Source: Tetramitus jugosus | Lineage: Eukaryota > Protista > Heterolobosea | Direction: 5' to 3' | Assembly: GCA_937625935.1 (NCBI GenBank) | Contig: OW569350.1 | Coordinates: 124,001 to 188,000, forward strand | Length of the DNA stretch: 64,000 bases | Shown: positions 49,801 through 61,606 of the stretch, piece by piece | Position numbering within the stretch: position 1 is the first letter of the stretch | Layout of the letters: every line of letters starts with the position of its first letter | The notes under the pieces: model-generated | What the model was told of the DNA's origin: nothing | The model's input: the letters and a program-made list of their open reading frames with translations, nothing else | Databases searched by the model: none | Program-made: the position numbers and the translations under genes

Positions 49801-52436
49801 AGAGCCTTCTCCAACTCATAAATCTTTTTACGAGAGATTTGCCAATCGATACCTGTCTCTTCAGAGTCACGCAACATGATGAGGATGTCACATGGACCAT
49901 TATATTGACCGGACACATTGGATGGAGTGAGAGGAGTTTGCTCAAACTTTGTTAATACCTTGAGCGTGTGGAATCTCACATCGCTTACTCTGGAATGCAA
50001 GTTTGGTTCTAATGACTCCCATATCTTTAAAAATAGTTCATGTGGCAAGGCATCACCGTTAGAATATACTTGTAGGTATAGGTCTACCGCCTTTAGAACG
50101 TGCAGGTGTGAACTTTGTTTCGTCAATAGGAGAATAACGTTATCCATTGAGTTGTGCATGACCTTGAAGCTGTCAATAGACAACTTTGAGAGTGTTGTTA
50201 GAGTGTGCAATGCATTAGCAGCTACAGCTACCACTTCTGCCTTTACGTCATCACCAGCACAAATAGCTGACTGTAATGCATAAAAGATGTTTGATAGATG
50301 TTTGAGCAACTTTGAACTTTCAAACAATTCCTCAGACACATCAAAGTAAGAAATACACTTCAGACAAGCCCATATCTTGGTACCATTAAATGGAAGTGTT
50401 TCGCTGGAATGCACTGAAATGAGTTTGACTAACGTGTCTGTCTTCATAGTTTGAATAATCTCGCACTCTCTCAGGAGCACATCCATAATCTTTTGCAACA
50501 ATTCATCACACTTGACTGAGAAGGATTGAGCAGAATCTTCTCCCATACTAGCGATAAAGTTGACTAAGAATGCTAGTCCCTCATCCTCGTTGTTTGAGAA
50601 TTCCTTTGTGACATACTGCAAAATTTGTCTCAAAAACTCTGATTGTTCGCTATTGTCATCAGATTGGTTCGTATAGAGCACTTTCATCACCTCCTTGAAG
50701 AATGACAAGAGTTGCTCTGATTGATTCAAACATAGAACGTTGAAGAAGATACCTGGAATTTGCTGGAAAATATGTTTGTGATGCGTAGTAATGGCTGTTT
50801 GAACATAAGTTAGGATACTTCCCAGAGCAACTGGAGGCAACTTTGATTGAAGCAACTTTTTGTCAACAATGAGATCAATAGTCCTTTGCATATACTCTTC
50901 AACTGATCTCAATCGGGAAATTAAACCTGTCATCAAACCAACAACGTGACCGACTTGCATGCCAGTACCCTCGATAATAATTCTCTGTTCGTCTGATATT
51001 CTCTGTGACAATTGATCACTCACAGCAAGCCAATTCGCTATCACTCTCTCTAGTTCGTTCGTATACAGTTTCCAAAGGTCGGACGCTACGTTCTTACTCC
51101 GTGAATGATCCATCAACAACTGAGAACATTTTTGCATCAGTGTGAACCTCCGTTGCAATTCTTCCTTCTTTTGAGCAACAGAGGCATTGCCAGTGGTAAT
51201 CCACTCTAACTTCTTAAATAATAGTCCAAGAGTCAATGGCATTCTTGAATGGAAATGACCATAGACAGTTTTCATTGTTTCGAAAAATAGTTGACTCGTT
51301 CCGTCGAACATGTCCTGTGTCGGTTTCTTGGCCAGTAATTCAAATGTTTTGTCAATATACTCTGGCAATTGTTCCTCTGGCAACTTGTTCACCAGAAATG
51401 AGAAACTCTCTGCTGCAAACTTCCGAATGTACCATTTGCTGTTACCAATCAGTTTTGAATAGCGCTTAAACCATGATGCCAAATCGTTCAACATGTACTT
51501 GGATAAATATTTGAATAGGAACGCAAGTGTAGTAAAAACAAGAGTATTTCTCTTTGTGTCTCTCGCTTCAATCAACTCAACAATATGATTGAATAATTCT
51601 GGTAAATTTGGATAGAATTCCTCTCTCAAATCCTTGGCCAATGCCGTTAACACACTAAAAAACACATTTTTCGTGTGTTAGCAATCATTTCACTCTTCTC
51701 TCACACAACAAGCACAAAATAATAAAAAAATGACATACTCAAATATTGCTTCATATGCTGTTTGTCCCTCATAAGTCAAACTTGTGATAAATACTTGTAA
51801 TATAGTTCCCTTGGAATTATTGTAGAGCGCCAATGGTAAACTTCTAACCAATTGAGACATTGACTTGAAGAATTTGACATAATTGTCAGTAAGATCCTTC
51901 TCTGACCACTTGAGCAACATGTCATATGCAAGTGTTGCCTGATCGTCCTCATCTCTCTCCAATTCGTGACTTTGATATCGATTTGTATTGTGTTGCACCT
52001 TTTCCATAATTTTCACTTCTTGAACGTGCTCCAAGAATGATTTTCCCTTTTCGTTCATTGACTTTCGCACTTCTCTAAATGTGGGCAGTGTTGGTTTCGA
52101 TAGGAGACCCCTGACTCTAATTCTATCATCATCGTCATCACTTTCATCTTCTTCATCACTCATTGCATTTTCAAGTTTGGCCACTGCTGCAGCTTCTTCT
52201 GCTTCCTTTTGTTGCTGCAGTTTCAATTGTTGTTTTTCTAATTGAATTTGAAGCATGGTGGGTTCGTTTGCTGTTGCGGATGTTTTTAACGATGATGATA
52301 GTGATGATAATGATGCTGCATTTCGTTTTGGTTGTTGTTGTTCGCTGCTGGAATTGGTGGAGGTAGCGGCAACAGCCGAGACGACTTTCTTTGTGGTTGG
52401 TTTTTTGTTCTTTTTGTGATTGTTCTTGTGAATCAT
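43890..52436 (-). CDS. UTP20: U3 snoRNP/SSU processome HEAT-repeat protein UTP20; 2 exons (52436-51739, 51654-43890)
   Basis: About 2800 aa HEAT-like protein with SLPLALYN, ALAKDLREEFYP, FTTLAFLFKYLSK, YIRKFAAESFSFL, IDYSARID, LREGYEVDVL, FYLNYP and the C-terminal AVIDP..YAKKK. Confidence 0.9.
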
Positions 52437-52668
52437 GTTTGTTATTATTGTTGTTGTCTTGTTCGAGTTGTGTTTGCGACTCTTGTTGTTTGACCAAACA
52501 AAAATTTTCACACAAAACGAACCTCGAGAAAAAGTTTGAAGCTTCTTCGCATTTTCTCCGATTCTCACTTTCCCCGCCAAAACAATCTACATCTTCTCCT
52601 GGTCACATTCATGGTGGTGTGCACAAACTCTTGCCGATCATACAGCACCATATTGAACCAATGAGACT

Positions 52669-55600
52669 ATGAACCTACCGAACAACCACGAGGAACACAA
52701 AAGGAATCTCGCACATCAGTTTGTCAAGACATCACTCAGTCAACCAGCCACTATTATTGTGAAGGAGATTGGTGATGATCATGAAGCGAACAATAATGAG
52801 GAGGAAATAGCAGCGGAAGAGAGTCAGAAACTATCCTTTTCGAGCTTGAATAAGGAGTACAAATCTGAAAACAGTTCTTCTGTGAAGAGGAAGATTAGTG
52901 AACCTAAAATGGATGTCAATGATGGATCGGCAACAGCTCGAAACAACAAGAACAATGATAAGGATCCAGAATCACTGCTCTCACTTGTAGAAGAGATTTA
53001 CACCTCCTTTTCGGGCGATGATTCAGAAGAATCAAGAAGAATCAAAAGTCGATTGTACCACATGAAAAAACTATTGACAGAGGAGATGAAGAAGAGTGGT
53101 ATTGAGCTCCAGTTTATCAAAGGACAATTGGAGCGTCGAACAACCTTGCTCGATAAGCAGAGAGGAGCTTTCTTAAAAGAACTAACAATGTTAAGAGAAG
53201 AGGTACGACTATTCTTATGTCACATATTATGCCTTTGCAAACTATCCTGCTCACCTTGTACTTCACGTCTATCTATAGTTGTTTCTCAAAAAACGGGATC
53301 CGAACCATAACCCTCATGATGTGATGTTGTTCCCCTGGTACAATAAAGTGATAAAGGATATCGAGGCACTCGATGGTACGGACCTCAGTGGGTATGAAGA
53401 AGAGAATTTCTCATTATTTTCCCTCAGAACACAGACGTTGAAAGTCGCAGAAACATTGAATAATTTAAAAGCGTTGGAGCAACAAAAGTTAGCAGAAATT
53501 GAAGCATTACAGAAGTCCAGACTCGAAGCAGAAGCACTTAAGAACAATTTATTGACAAAAAGCAGACGATCTCCAACTCCTGTTCCACGTTCAGTCGTTC
53601 CCGCTTTAAAATCAATTACAAAATCGTCAAAAGTTATTGAAACGACACGACAAGAAGATCACTCGAGTTCAATGATGGAAGATGATAGTATTGAATATTT
53701 TGTGGATAGTGATGACTCCGTATCAGAGCTAAGAGAGAAGGCTGATAAGCATCTACGAGGTCAAAGTTCACAATCTCTCTCACACGTAGAACAATTGGAT
53801 GATACAGACAATGAAGATGATAGATACTTTAGTGAATCTATCCAGCCATCCATGGAATCAAATCTGGATATCAGCGACCACAGTGATCACAAGGAGGAAT
53901 TTGTTAATTCACTGTCAGATCAAAATTTCGTTGAATTAGACGTGCAAAGATTATCAGGTCTCCTGAAAGAAGCAGAATTGGAAGATACAGAAGCAGAGCG
54001 AACAGACGAAGAAAATTTAATCCAGTTGGAAGGTCAGATATCCTCATTTCATCATCGCTTCAAGGACTTATTTTCGGAGATGGGTCAACTAAAGCAGCGA
54101 TTGCATTTTTATCAAGAAGAAGGACTACTTAGAGAACAAAAGGAGGGAAAAGGCCCAGAAGGACAAGTAACACTTGTTTTTACTGATGTACAAGACTCTA
54201 CCAGGCTCTGGGAATTAGACTTGGATTGCATGTGTCAGTGTATCAAAATTCATAATCAAGTCATGAGAACCATTATTGAACAAACCAATGGTTTCGAAGT
54301 TAAAACGGAAGGAGATGCATTCATGTGTGCCTTCACTAGTGTTGATGATGGTGTAGAATTCGCGTTGCGAGCTCAAATAGCGTTACTAGGGGCCGAATGG
54401 CCAGAAAAGTTACTGGAGTTTAAGGAGGGAGGAGTGGAACATGATGATGATGGTATTCTGGTCTTTCGGGGACTTCGAGTGAGAATGGGAATTCATACAG
54501 GATTTCCAATCGTTCAACCTGATCCTGTGACTGGTAGAGCTGATTATTTCGGTCCTGTGGTGAATAGAGCTGCGAGAGTAGAAGGCCAGGCTGCTGGTGG
54601 ACAAATTATCATTAGCAGTTCTGTATGGGCAGAGATAATGGACAAGTTAGACCACTATTCTGTTTCTGTCTGGACCAAGTTCATTGGAAGTGTACCACTT
54701 AAAGGTATGGATGAGCCTGAGACAATCCGATTAATGTTACCATTCTCTCTTCGGAATAGATTATTTACGAAATCGAATCCTAAGACTGAAGACTCCTCTA
54801 TTTCCAAACTCGAGGCGAAGGTGAAAAACTTACAGAACATGCATGTCAAACTTGAAGAAGAGAGAGAGGTGATTCAAAATCAAATTCAGTACAAATTGAA
54901 AGTGAAGACTCTTGAAGATTCAATGAGTGAAAAGGACAACATCATTAAGTATTTGAGAGGAAAGCTCCAGTCAGTGAAAAAGAATTACTCAGAGGCCATT
55001 AAAGAGAGAGATGAGAAGCAGAAACAAAAACTATCGGATCATATGAAGAAACTTCAGGAGGATATCGATGTTGTTATGAGGAAATACACGACGATGAAGC
55101 AACAATACCGAATCATGAAGCAAAGTTACGAAGAAGTTGGCAAAATGTTCAATAAGAAAATTAAATTTGAACTTCAATCTTTTAAGAAGGATTTAAACAT
55201 GATGGATGTAGAAGTTAAAAAGAGCAAAAGACTGGCACTTGAGACTCAACTAAAGGGGTGGGAGCAAGAAAAATCAAATTATGTCAAACAAATTGAGAAC
55301 AGAGAGAAAGTTATTCAGGAGAAGGATAAGAGAATATTGCAATTGCGATCAGAGATAGAACTTGCAAAGGTGAACCAAAAAATGGAACGAGTAAAAACTG
55401 TTCTCAAACGAGATGTGCCTCGTTCCGTGGTCGGTGGTCGTAAAGGTGCTCCGGTTGGAATGACTCATCTCACAACGACTGACTTATCGGATAGTAGTCC
55501 AACTGATCATTCTCCAATCAGGTACCATTCAAAACTGCTCCCCAATCCCAATAATTTCCCTAATCATCCATCTTACATTAATCAACACTTTAATCCTGTG

Positions 55601-57088
55601 AGTGACATAATTCGGAAAACGGGAATTGAGTTAGAGGAGAAGACTCCCAGTGATGCTGCGAAGACTAAATTTTACAGAGCCGAGAGCATATCCAATGAAA
55701 ACACCTATGAAGAAGATACTACTCCAATCAAACATCCGATTGACTCGATATCTCCCTTTTCGAGCCCTCAATATCATTCTGATTATTCTCCATTCCCAAT
55801 GGGAAACGAATCAATCACTTCCGAGCACAAAATAGTTTCGAGTGGATTCAATTCTTTTGAATTGACTACTAGTCCTGATAATCCTCAGAAGACCAAAACA
55901 GTTCATTTCAGAGGGCTAAACAAAGATGGAGTTCCAGTGTTCATTGATAATAATGGTCGTTTAGTATCTCCTCGATCACCAGAGGTTTCTCATCATAACC
56001 TGAGTCCTATCAAGAATGAAGGAGCACAAGGGAGGCATACGACACAACAAGTAAGCCCTCTCTCCTCAACCGGCCAGAGAGTAGCCGAAACTCCTCCAGA
56101 GACCAAACCTTCAGAGAGGAGCAGTCCACCAGCCGATTCGTACGAAGTCCCTGCTCTCGACACTACAATCACAGTTAACGATATCACACATATTATGAAA
56201 CAAGCGATTCAAGATGCTGTGAGAACGGCGAAGCAATACAGTAATTTTGATTGGAACGTGTTTATTCAGGGTCACAGGATTCGAGATGTCGACAAGGTGA
56301 ATGTGATTCCTCATTCGTATTTGAGGAAAACTGATCTGAACAACACAGCACCAGTCATATCTCCAAGAAAGAATTTTAAAGTTTGGGATAACAACCAGAA
56401 CTTGAGCTTCAATATTACTGCTGATGACCTTCGAAGATGGGGTATGCAACATGCTTCGCAGCTGATTCGTCCCAAATTAAGTACAACACTGATCTCAAAA
56501 TCAGCATCCACACCCACTGAGAAGTCAATCCAAAAGAAATCTTATTCGAGAATGCTGGAACATCTAGGTGATAGTATGATGGTAGCTCTACCGAGCGCAA
56601 ATGTATCCCACGATGAGGGAAGAGTAGACAGTGAAGATGTGTACATCTACCAATGGGATCCATTAGGTACTCCATTCAGACGAGTGAAACGCTCCAAGTC
56701 CGCTACACCCCACATTGTGCCAGATACATCTTCGACGCCACGGAGAAGCAACAACACTGCAGATGGGACAAACAGACGCATAACACGAACAACATTGGAC
56801 GGTCACCTTGTCAAAGACAAAAGAATCACACTGCCTGACATATCGACGACAACACACAAGCAGCAACAATCAACACAACAAACACCTCAACAATCATCAA
56901 AGAAGCCACCCAAAGTTCACTTTGGTGATCTATCCAAGGATGAGCGAAGAGAGCAGATTCTTCAAATGCTATACTATGACCGGAATGCAACTCACTTTGC
57001 TCATACGAGTTCTCCAGACAGTCCATTGAATTACAGCTCTCCCATTCATGTGTCATTGCTAGGGAAACACACTGGTGAGGTGCGGTGA
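52669..57088 (+). CDS. Soluble class III adenylyl cyclase with flanking coiled coils; 2 exons (52669-53202, 53279-57088)
   Basis: VTLVFTDVQDSTRLWE, EVKTEGDAFM, GLRVRMGIHTG, DYFGPVVNRAARV and LKG. Both metal-binding Asp residues, the K/D adenine-specificity pair and the N..R transition-state pair are present. No TM segment seen. Confidence 0.92.
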
Positions 57089-57214
57089 GCTGAAACTCTC
57101 TGCACTCATACAAACCACCATTCTATTGTATATAAAAACCAACTATCTAGACTCGCTAAGATAAATCTGTGTAGGGACTTGCGTGTATTATAAATAAGTA
57201 ACATACAAGAAGAA

Positions 57215-58066
57215 CTATTGTTCATCCACAGTTTGTTGAGTGTTCTTCGGTTCCTCTTCGCCATCACCATCCTCCTTCTTGCTACCAAGTGCAGTGGCAA
57301 ACATGTTTTTGAGCTTATCGAACGCTTCAGGATCCGCTGCCGCATCCAACGACTTGTCCTCACCAATCACTGACGCAATCAGCTCCTTCATCTTTGCTTT
57401 AAACTCTGGAATGGTCTTTGCTCCCCAATACTCTCTCACAAACAACAACAAGGCCAAAAACAGAGCCAAATCAATCGCAGTAGCAATCAAGAGACTCTTC
57501 TTGACGAGTTTGAGTCCATGTCGCCTCCTCTCATTCATCTCCTCATCTCTCACTTTTTGCACATGTTCATTCCACTTTTGTTGCTCTTCATTCGTCATCG
57601 TGTCACCTTCTGCGTTCGAAAATTGTCGACTCTTCAAATCCTGTAAATCACCGCGCATCACAATAATTGGATCAGCAATCGACGCGATCGGATCACCTGC
57701 CTTATAAACCAGTTGTTTGACCTCTCCTGACTCTGTACTCGAAATCTTGTACTTTACTCCATCAATCATCATCTCTGCAATGATTTGACCCTTTTGTATG
57801 ATGTCACCCTTGTTGACTAGGTATTGGACGAGTTGAGCTGTAGAGGATGCATTGATGGTGTTCTTACTGTTATTGTTATTGTAGATGGTAGGTGTGTGAT
57901 GATAGAATGCAAAGGATGATGAGAATAAGGATGGTGATAGTGATGATGATTGTTGTTGTGCATGATTGACAGTGAACAAGGGACCTAGTTGAGGCCTCAC
58001 GTGATGATTGACCTTGTTGTTGATCATCAATAATCGTCGTTGACTCTGCTGCAATGCTCTTCTCAT
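57215..58066 (-). CDS. Putative mitochondrial membrane protein: presequence + lipoyl/biotinyl-like domain lacking the attachment Lys + TM + TMEM242/Aim11-like tail
   Basis: Arg/Ser-rich N-terminus MRRALQQSQRRLL, barrel-sandwich pattern LVQYLVNKGDIIQKGQIIAEMMIDGVKYKISSTESGEVKQLVYKAGD, and TM LLIATAIDLALFLALLLFV. Confidence 0.75.
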   Translation of the reverse strand: MRRALQQSQRRLLMINNKVNHHVRPQLGPLFTVNHAQQQSSSLSPSLFSSSFAFYHHTPTIYNNNNSKNTINASSTAQLVQYLVNKGDIIQKGQIIAEMMIDGVKYKISSTESGEVKQLVYKAGDPIASIADPIIVMRGDLQDLKSRQFSNAEGDTMTNEEQQKWNEHVQKVRDEEMNERRRHGLKLVKKSLLIATAIDLALFLALLLFVREYWGAKTIPEFKAKMKELIASVIGEDKSLDAAADPEAFDKLKNMFATALGSKKEDGDGEEEPKNTQQTVDEQ

Positions 58067-58124
58067 TTTCTTCTTGTTGTGTTTGTTGTTGAACCTTCTT
58101 TGTTGAGTTGTTTCTCCGTTTTTC

Positions 58125-58136
58125 TTTGGCGCCAAA
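58125..58136. promoter_or_regulatory. Palindromic E2F-like site TTTGGCGCCAAA in a 90-bp bidirectional promoter
   Basis: Exact 12-bp palindrome 20 bp upstream of the CDC26 ATG. It matches TTTSSCGC on both strands. Confidence 0.5.
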
Positions 58137-58156
58137 ACCAAGACAACGAAGAAAAA

Positions 58157-58399
58157 ATGTTCACTCGGTCAGGCACGAGACTTCAGTTGGGCATGGAAGA
58201 AGTAGAGGAGTTTGAAGTAGTCATGAATGATCTTCTTACGCAACAACAACAACAACAGCAACAACAACATCACACCCATCCAACCACCAATCATTCAACA
58301 ACAAACACAACATCAGTCGCAGCCACAATTACATCCAATGGAAATCAACATTTAACCACGGAACAGCGCATTGGTCTCACGCAACAAAGACGCTCATAG
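58157..58399 (+). CDS. CDC26: Anaphase-promoting complex subunit CDC26 (80 aa)
   Basis: N-terminus MFTRSGTRLQLGMEEVEEFE matches the CDC26 pattern [20 protein letters not shown]. The C-terminal EQRIG resembles the conserved xRIG motif. Confidence 0.72.
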   Translation: MFTRSGTRLQLGMEEVEEFEVVMNDLLTQQQQQQQQQHHTHPTTNHSTTNTTSVAATITSNGNQHLTTEQRIGLTQQRRS

Positions 58400-58486
58400 G
58401 ACTTTTATCTCCCAGGTCACAAAACATCATATGTAACATAAAACATTGAAGAAAAATGAAGAAAAAACAAGCAATGACATGCACAT

Positions 58487-61433
58487 TTATCGTTTTCGGT
58501 TCTCTTGTTGATGGTGACGATGAGAATGAGGATAGGACTGCTGTTGTTGTTGCTGTCTGTCACCTCGTCTGTTATGGTCACTCGCACCACCACCACCACT
58601 TCGTTCATCAGAGTGACTCGTTTCTCTCTTGTTTTGTGAATGCTGATAATTGTCGCGAGAACCTCTGGATTCATCCTTCTCCTTGTCGTGTTGTTCTCGA
58701 TGTTGATCGTCCTCTCGTCTTCGCTTTTGTCTGTGATACTGTTGTTGATCTTGGTTGTAGTTTCGATTTCGGTGAGGTTGGTCGTGATACGAGGATCGCT
58801 GGCTTGTTGTTGAACTTCGATAATTATTGTCGTCATTATCCTTTGTATATCGAGCGTCGGAAGGTGCTCGCCTGTAATCTCCACGAGATGACTGTTCTCT
58901 CTTGGAGTCATATCTGCTTGATTGTGAATCTTGTTGGCGATGGTGCTTGGATGGCGAGTGTCTGTACCGTGATTCCTTGTCTCTGGATGATGATGAAGAT
59001 GAAGATGGAGGTGGAGGCCGAATGTCTACTGGAGCTGGAGGAGGTGGAGGTGGTCGAGTCGATACGTTCTTGTCTTTGTTGACAGGAACAGGCGGAGGAG
59101 GTGGAGGAGGAAGAGGTGAAGATAGCTCAGTAGTGCCACGTACGACGACGTTGGGCTGTGGAGGAGGAGAACTCGGGCGTTCATATGGTTGAGTCATTGG
59201 TGGTCGAGGCATGCTACTGGGCGATATGTTGACATGACCTCGAGGAGAATGCTTTCGATAATGATGCTCCTCTTGTTTCCTCCTCTTGTGCTTTGACTCA
59301 TATTCGTAGTCATCGCGACGTCCATGTTTCTCCTCTGGAGATTGATCGTCACTTCTCCGCTTTCGCTTCTTTCCGTGGTACTCTCGTCGATCATCCTTGT
59401 CGTACTTATCATGCTTATCATATCTATCATACTTCTTTTCATATTTTTCGTGTTTGTTGAACTTGTCGTGCTTGCCATGTTTTTCATACTTGTCGTACTT
59501 GTCGGCATACTGTTGCTTGGATCCATACTTGTCATACTTTTCATATTTTTTGTCACTGTACGGATGTTGTCTACTGCTACTGCTACCACTACCACTATAG
59601 TCTCTCTTTCGACTTGCATCGTAGGCTGATCCATTGTGCTGCTTCGTCATTCTCTTCTCCCTTCTCTCTCGCTCAAATAAGATACGTGCGGCTTCTTCCT
59701 CCTTCTCGTTCAACTGCGGTTTCGATTGAATCTCCTCAATGCGAGTCAACTCTGCTTCGCTCGCTTTCTGTTCGACTGGTTCAGCAATTTTCTCGATAGG
59801 CGCACGTGATTCAATAACTTCAATTGGTAGTGGCGGTGGTGGAGGCGGCAGACTAGCATTCGATATGGCTGCTCTCGCCGTTTCCAAATAGGATGCAGCA
59901 GATTTGTTCTCTGGATTCAATTGTAGTACCTTCTCGAACTGCGTGATTGCTTCTTCGTATTTTTGTTGTTTCAGCATGGAAGCACCTTTACCAATGAGAG
60001 CATTCTCACACTCTGGATCGAATTGAAGAGCTCTATCATAGCACTTGATCGCCCTATCATAGTCGTTGCTCCGATCAAAGTTGATACCATCCATGACACT
60101 AAAATGAATAAAAGACGCATACCAGAATAAGAAATTATAGTTTTTGTGTCAACTCTACTTGTTCATTCACAACCCAACAACAAACACTCAACAAATAACC
60201 AAACACACACAAAATGTTGAACACATACTTTTTCTTAGCAAACTCCTTGTTCTGAGCAGTTTTAATCTGTTGATAATTATTTTTCTCCAGATCAATCTTG
60301 TGTCGATAGGTGTACTTTGATGGAATGAACGATTCGAATTGATTGACACCAAACTTTTCTGCAACCAATCCCTGAATAATGTATGGATTCCGGAATGTCG
60401 GTTGATCTTCAATCATATCATTCAATCGATTCAAGAGTACTCGTTTCCGGTGCTTATCATCCTCATAGGTAATCACTTCTTGCAAATCTGAAAACTTGCA
60501 CTCGCCCAATCGGAATTTAATATCAGATCGATTATAAATATGATAGTGCTCGAATAGGGAGTGATCTGTGCTCAGAGCCATCGTATTCAACTCTTCATCC
60601 ACACTCTTGATCACAGCTAATGTTATGCGATAGATACGGTGGTCAGCAACATCTCATATCAACACAACAAACCAATAAATTGAGTTAAAAACACACACAC
60701 ACACACACATACCATAAATACTGTCATCACACTGATAATCCACAATGTTTCTCTTTGTACCAACATGACTACTGCTCCTCATGCTCATGTTACCATGCTG
60801 TTCAAAATGATTTTCACTCCGCAATTCCATATCAGACACCGACAGTGTTGCTCGAATGTTCCATTGACCCAACATTTGTAAATTCTCGACATTGGACAAT
60901 CGAGTGTCCAACTCACTCACAACAAACACTTGTTCAATATCGACAAGTGCTTTTTTAGGGTTACTCACATCGACAATCTTTCCCTTGACAACAATTCTGA
61001 ATTGATTAGAATAATTTGCATTTTTGTGATTGTTATTTTCACCATTGTTATTCTTATTATTAGTATCATCATCATTACTGTCATTATTATGAGTATTATT
61101 GTTGTTGTGATTGGATAGACTTTGTAAACTCAGTTTGACCAATTGAAAAATTTCAGTTCTCGCTGCATTTGATTCAATCATGCCCATTGTTATCAGTGAA
61201 CCATTGTTATTATTGCTACTACTGCTGTTGATACTAGAGTGAAAAGAAGAGAGTGTGGCAATGGCATGAAGACCAATGTTACTATTCATAAAATAATCAA
61301 TGGATGGAACGTCGTTGAGACATGACAAGTTGAAAGTGCGCGATTGTGAGGAGGTTTCTGATGATGATTTGTCCATGTATCGTTTCAGTGCTTCACTGTT
61401 TGATCTCATTGACTGAACAAATAGATCCTCCAT
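58487..61433 (-). CDS. TTC14: TTC14-like protein (S1-like domain + TPR + R/D/K/P-rich tail); 3 exons (61433-60713, 60616-60229, 60098-58487)
   Basis: N-terminus MEDLFVQSMRSNSEALKRY, an S1-like segment (IVVKGKIVDV...IRATLSVSDM...DSIY|AVIKSVD), F.NPY, QNKEFAKK, TPRs YDRAIKCYDRALQFDPECENALIGKG, and a low-complexity tail. Confidence 0.78.
59395..59555 (-). repeat. Coding tripeptide repeat [Y/H/F]-[D/E]-K in the TTC14 tail
   Basis: KKYEKYDKY...DKYDKYEKHGKHDKFNKHEKYEKKYDRYDKHDKYDKD. Confidence 0.7.
60691..60712. repeat. (AC)n/(GT)n microsatellite directly after an intron donor
   Basis: acacacacacacacacacat ac. A similar (CA)n run lies at 11581-11594 before an HDAC acceptor. Confidence 0.8.
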
Positions 61434-61606
61434 TTTGTACTTGTATTGTTGTTGTTGTTCACTCGATATATCTGTGTTTTCGAAACTGCCGTTTTGAATG
61501 GTGGTGATCAAATTGATGAATGATGTGAAACAGCGTCGTTGATAGTTTTTTTCTTTGTCGGTTTTTTATGTCGGGCAAATATCTACGGATTGATCAAAAT
61601 AATCGA

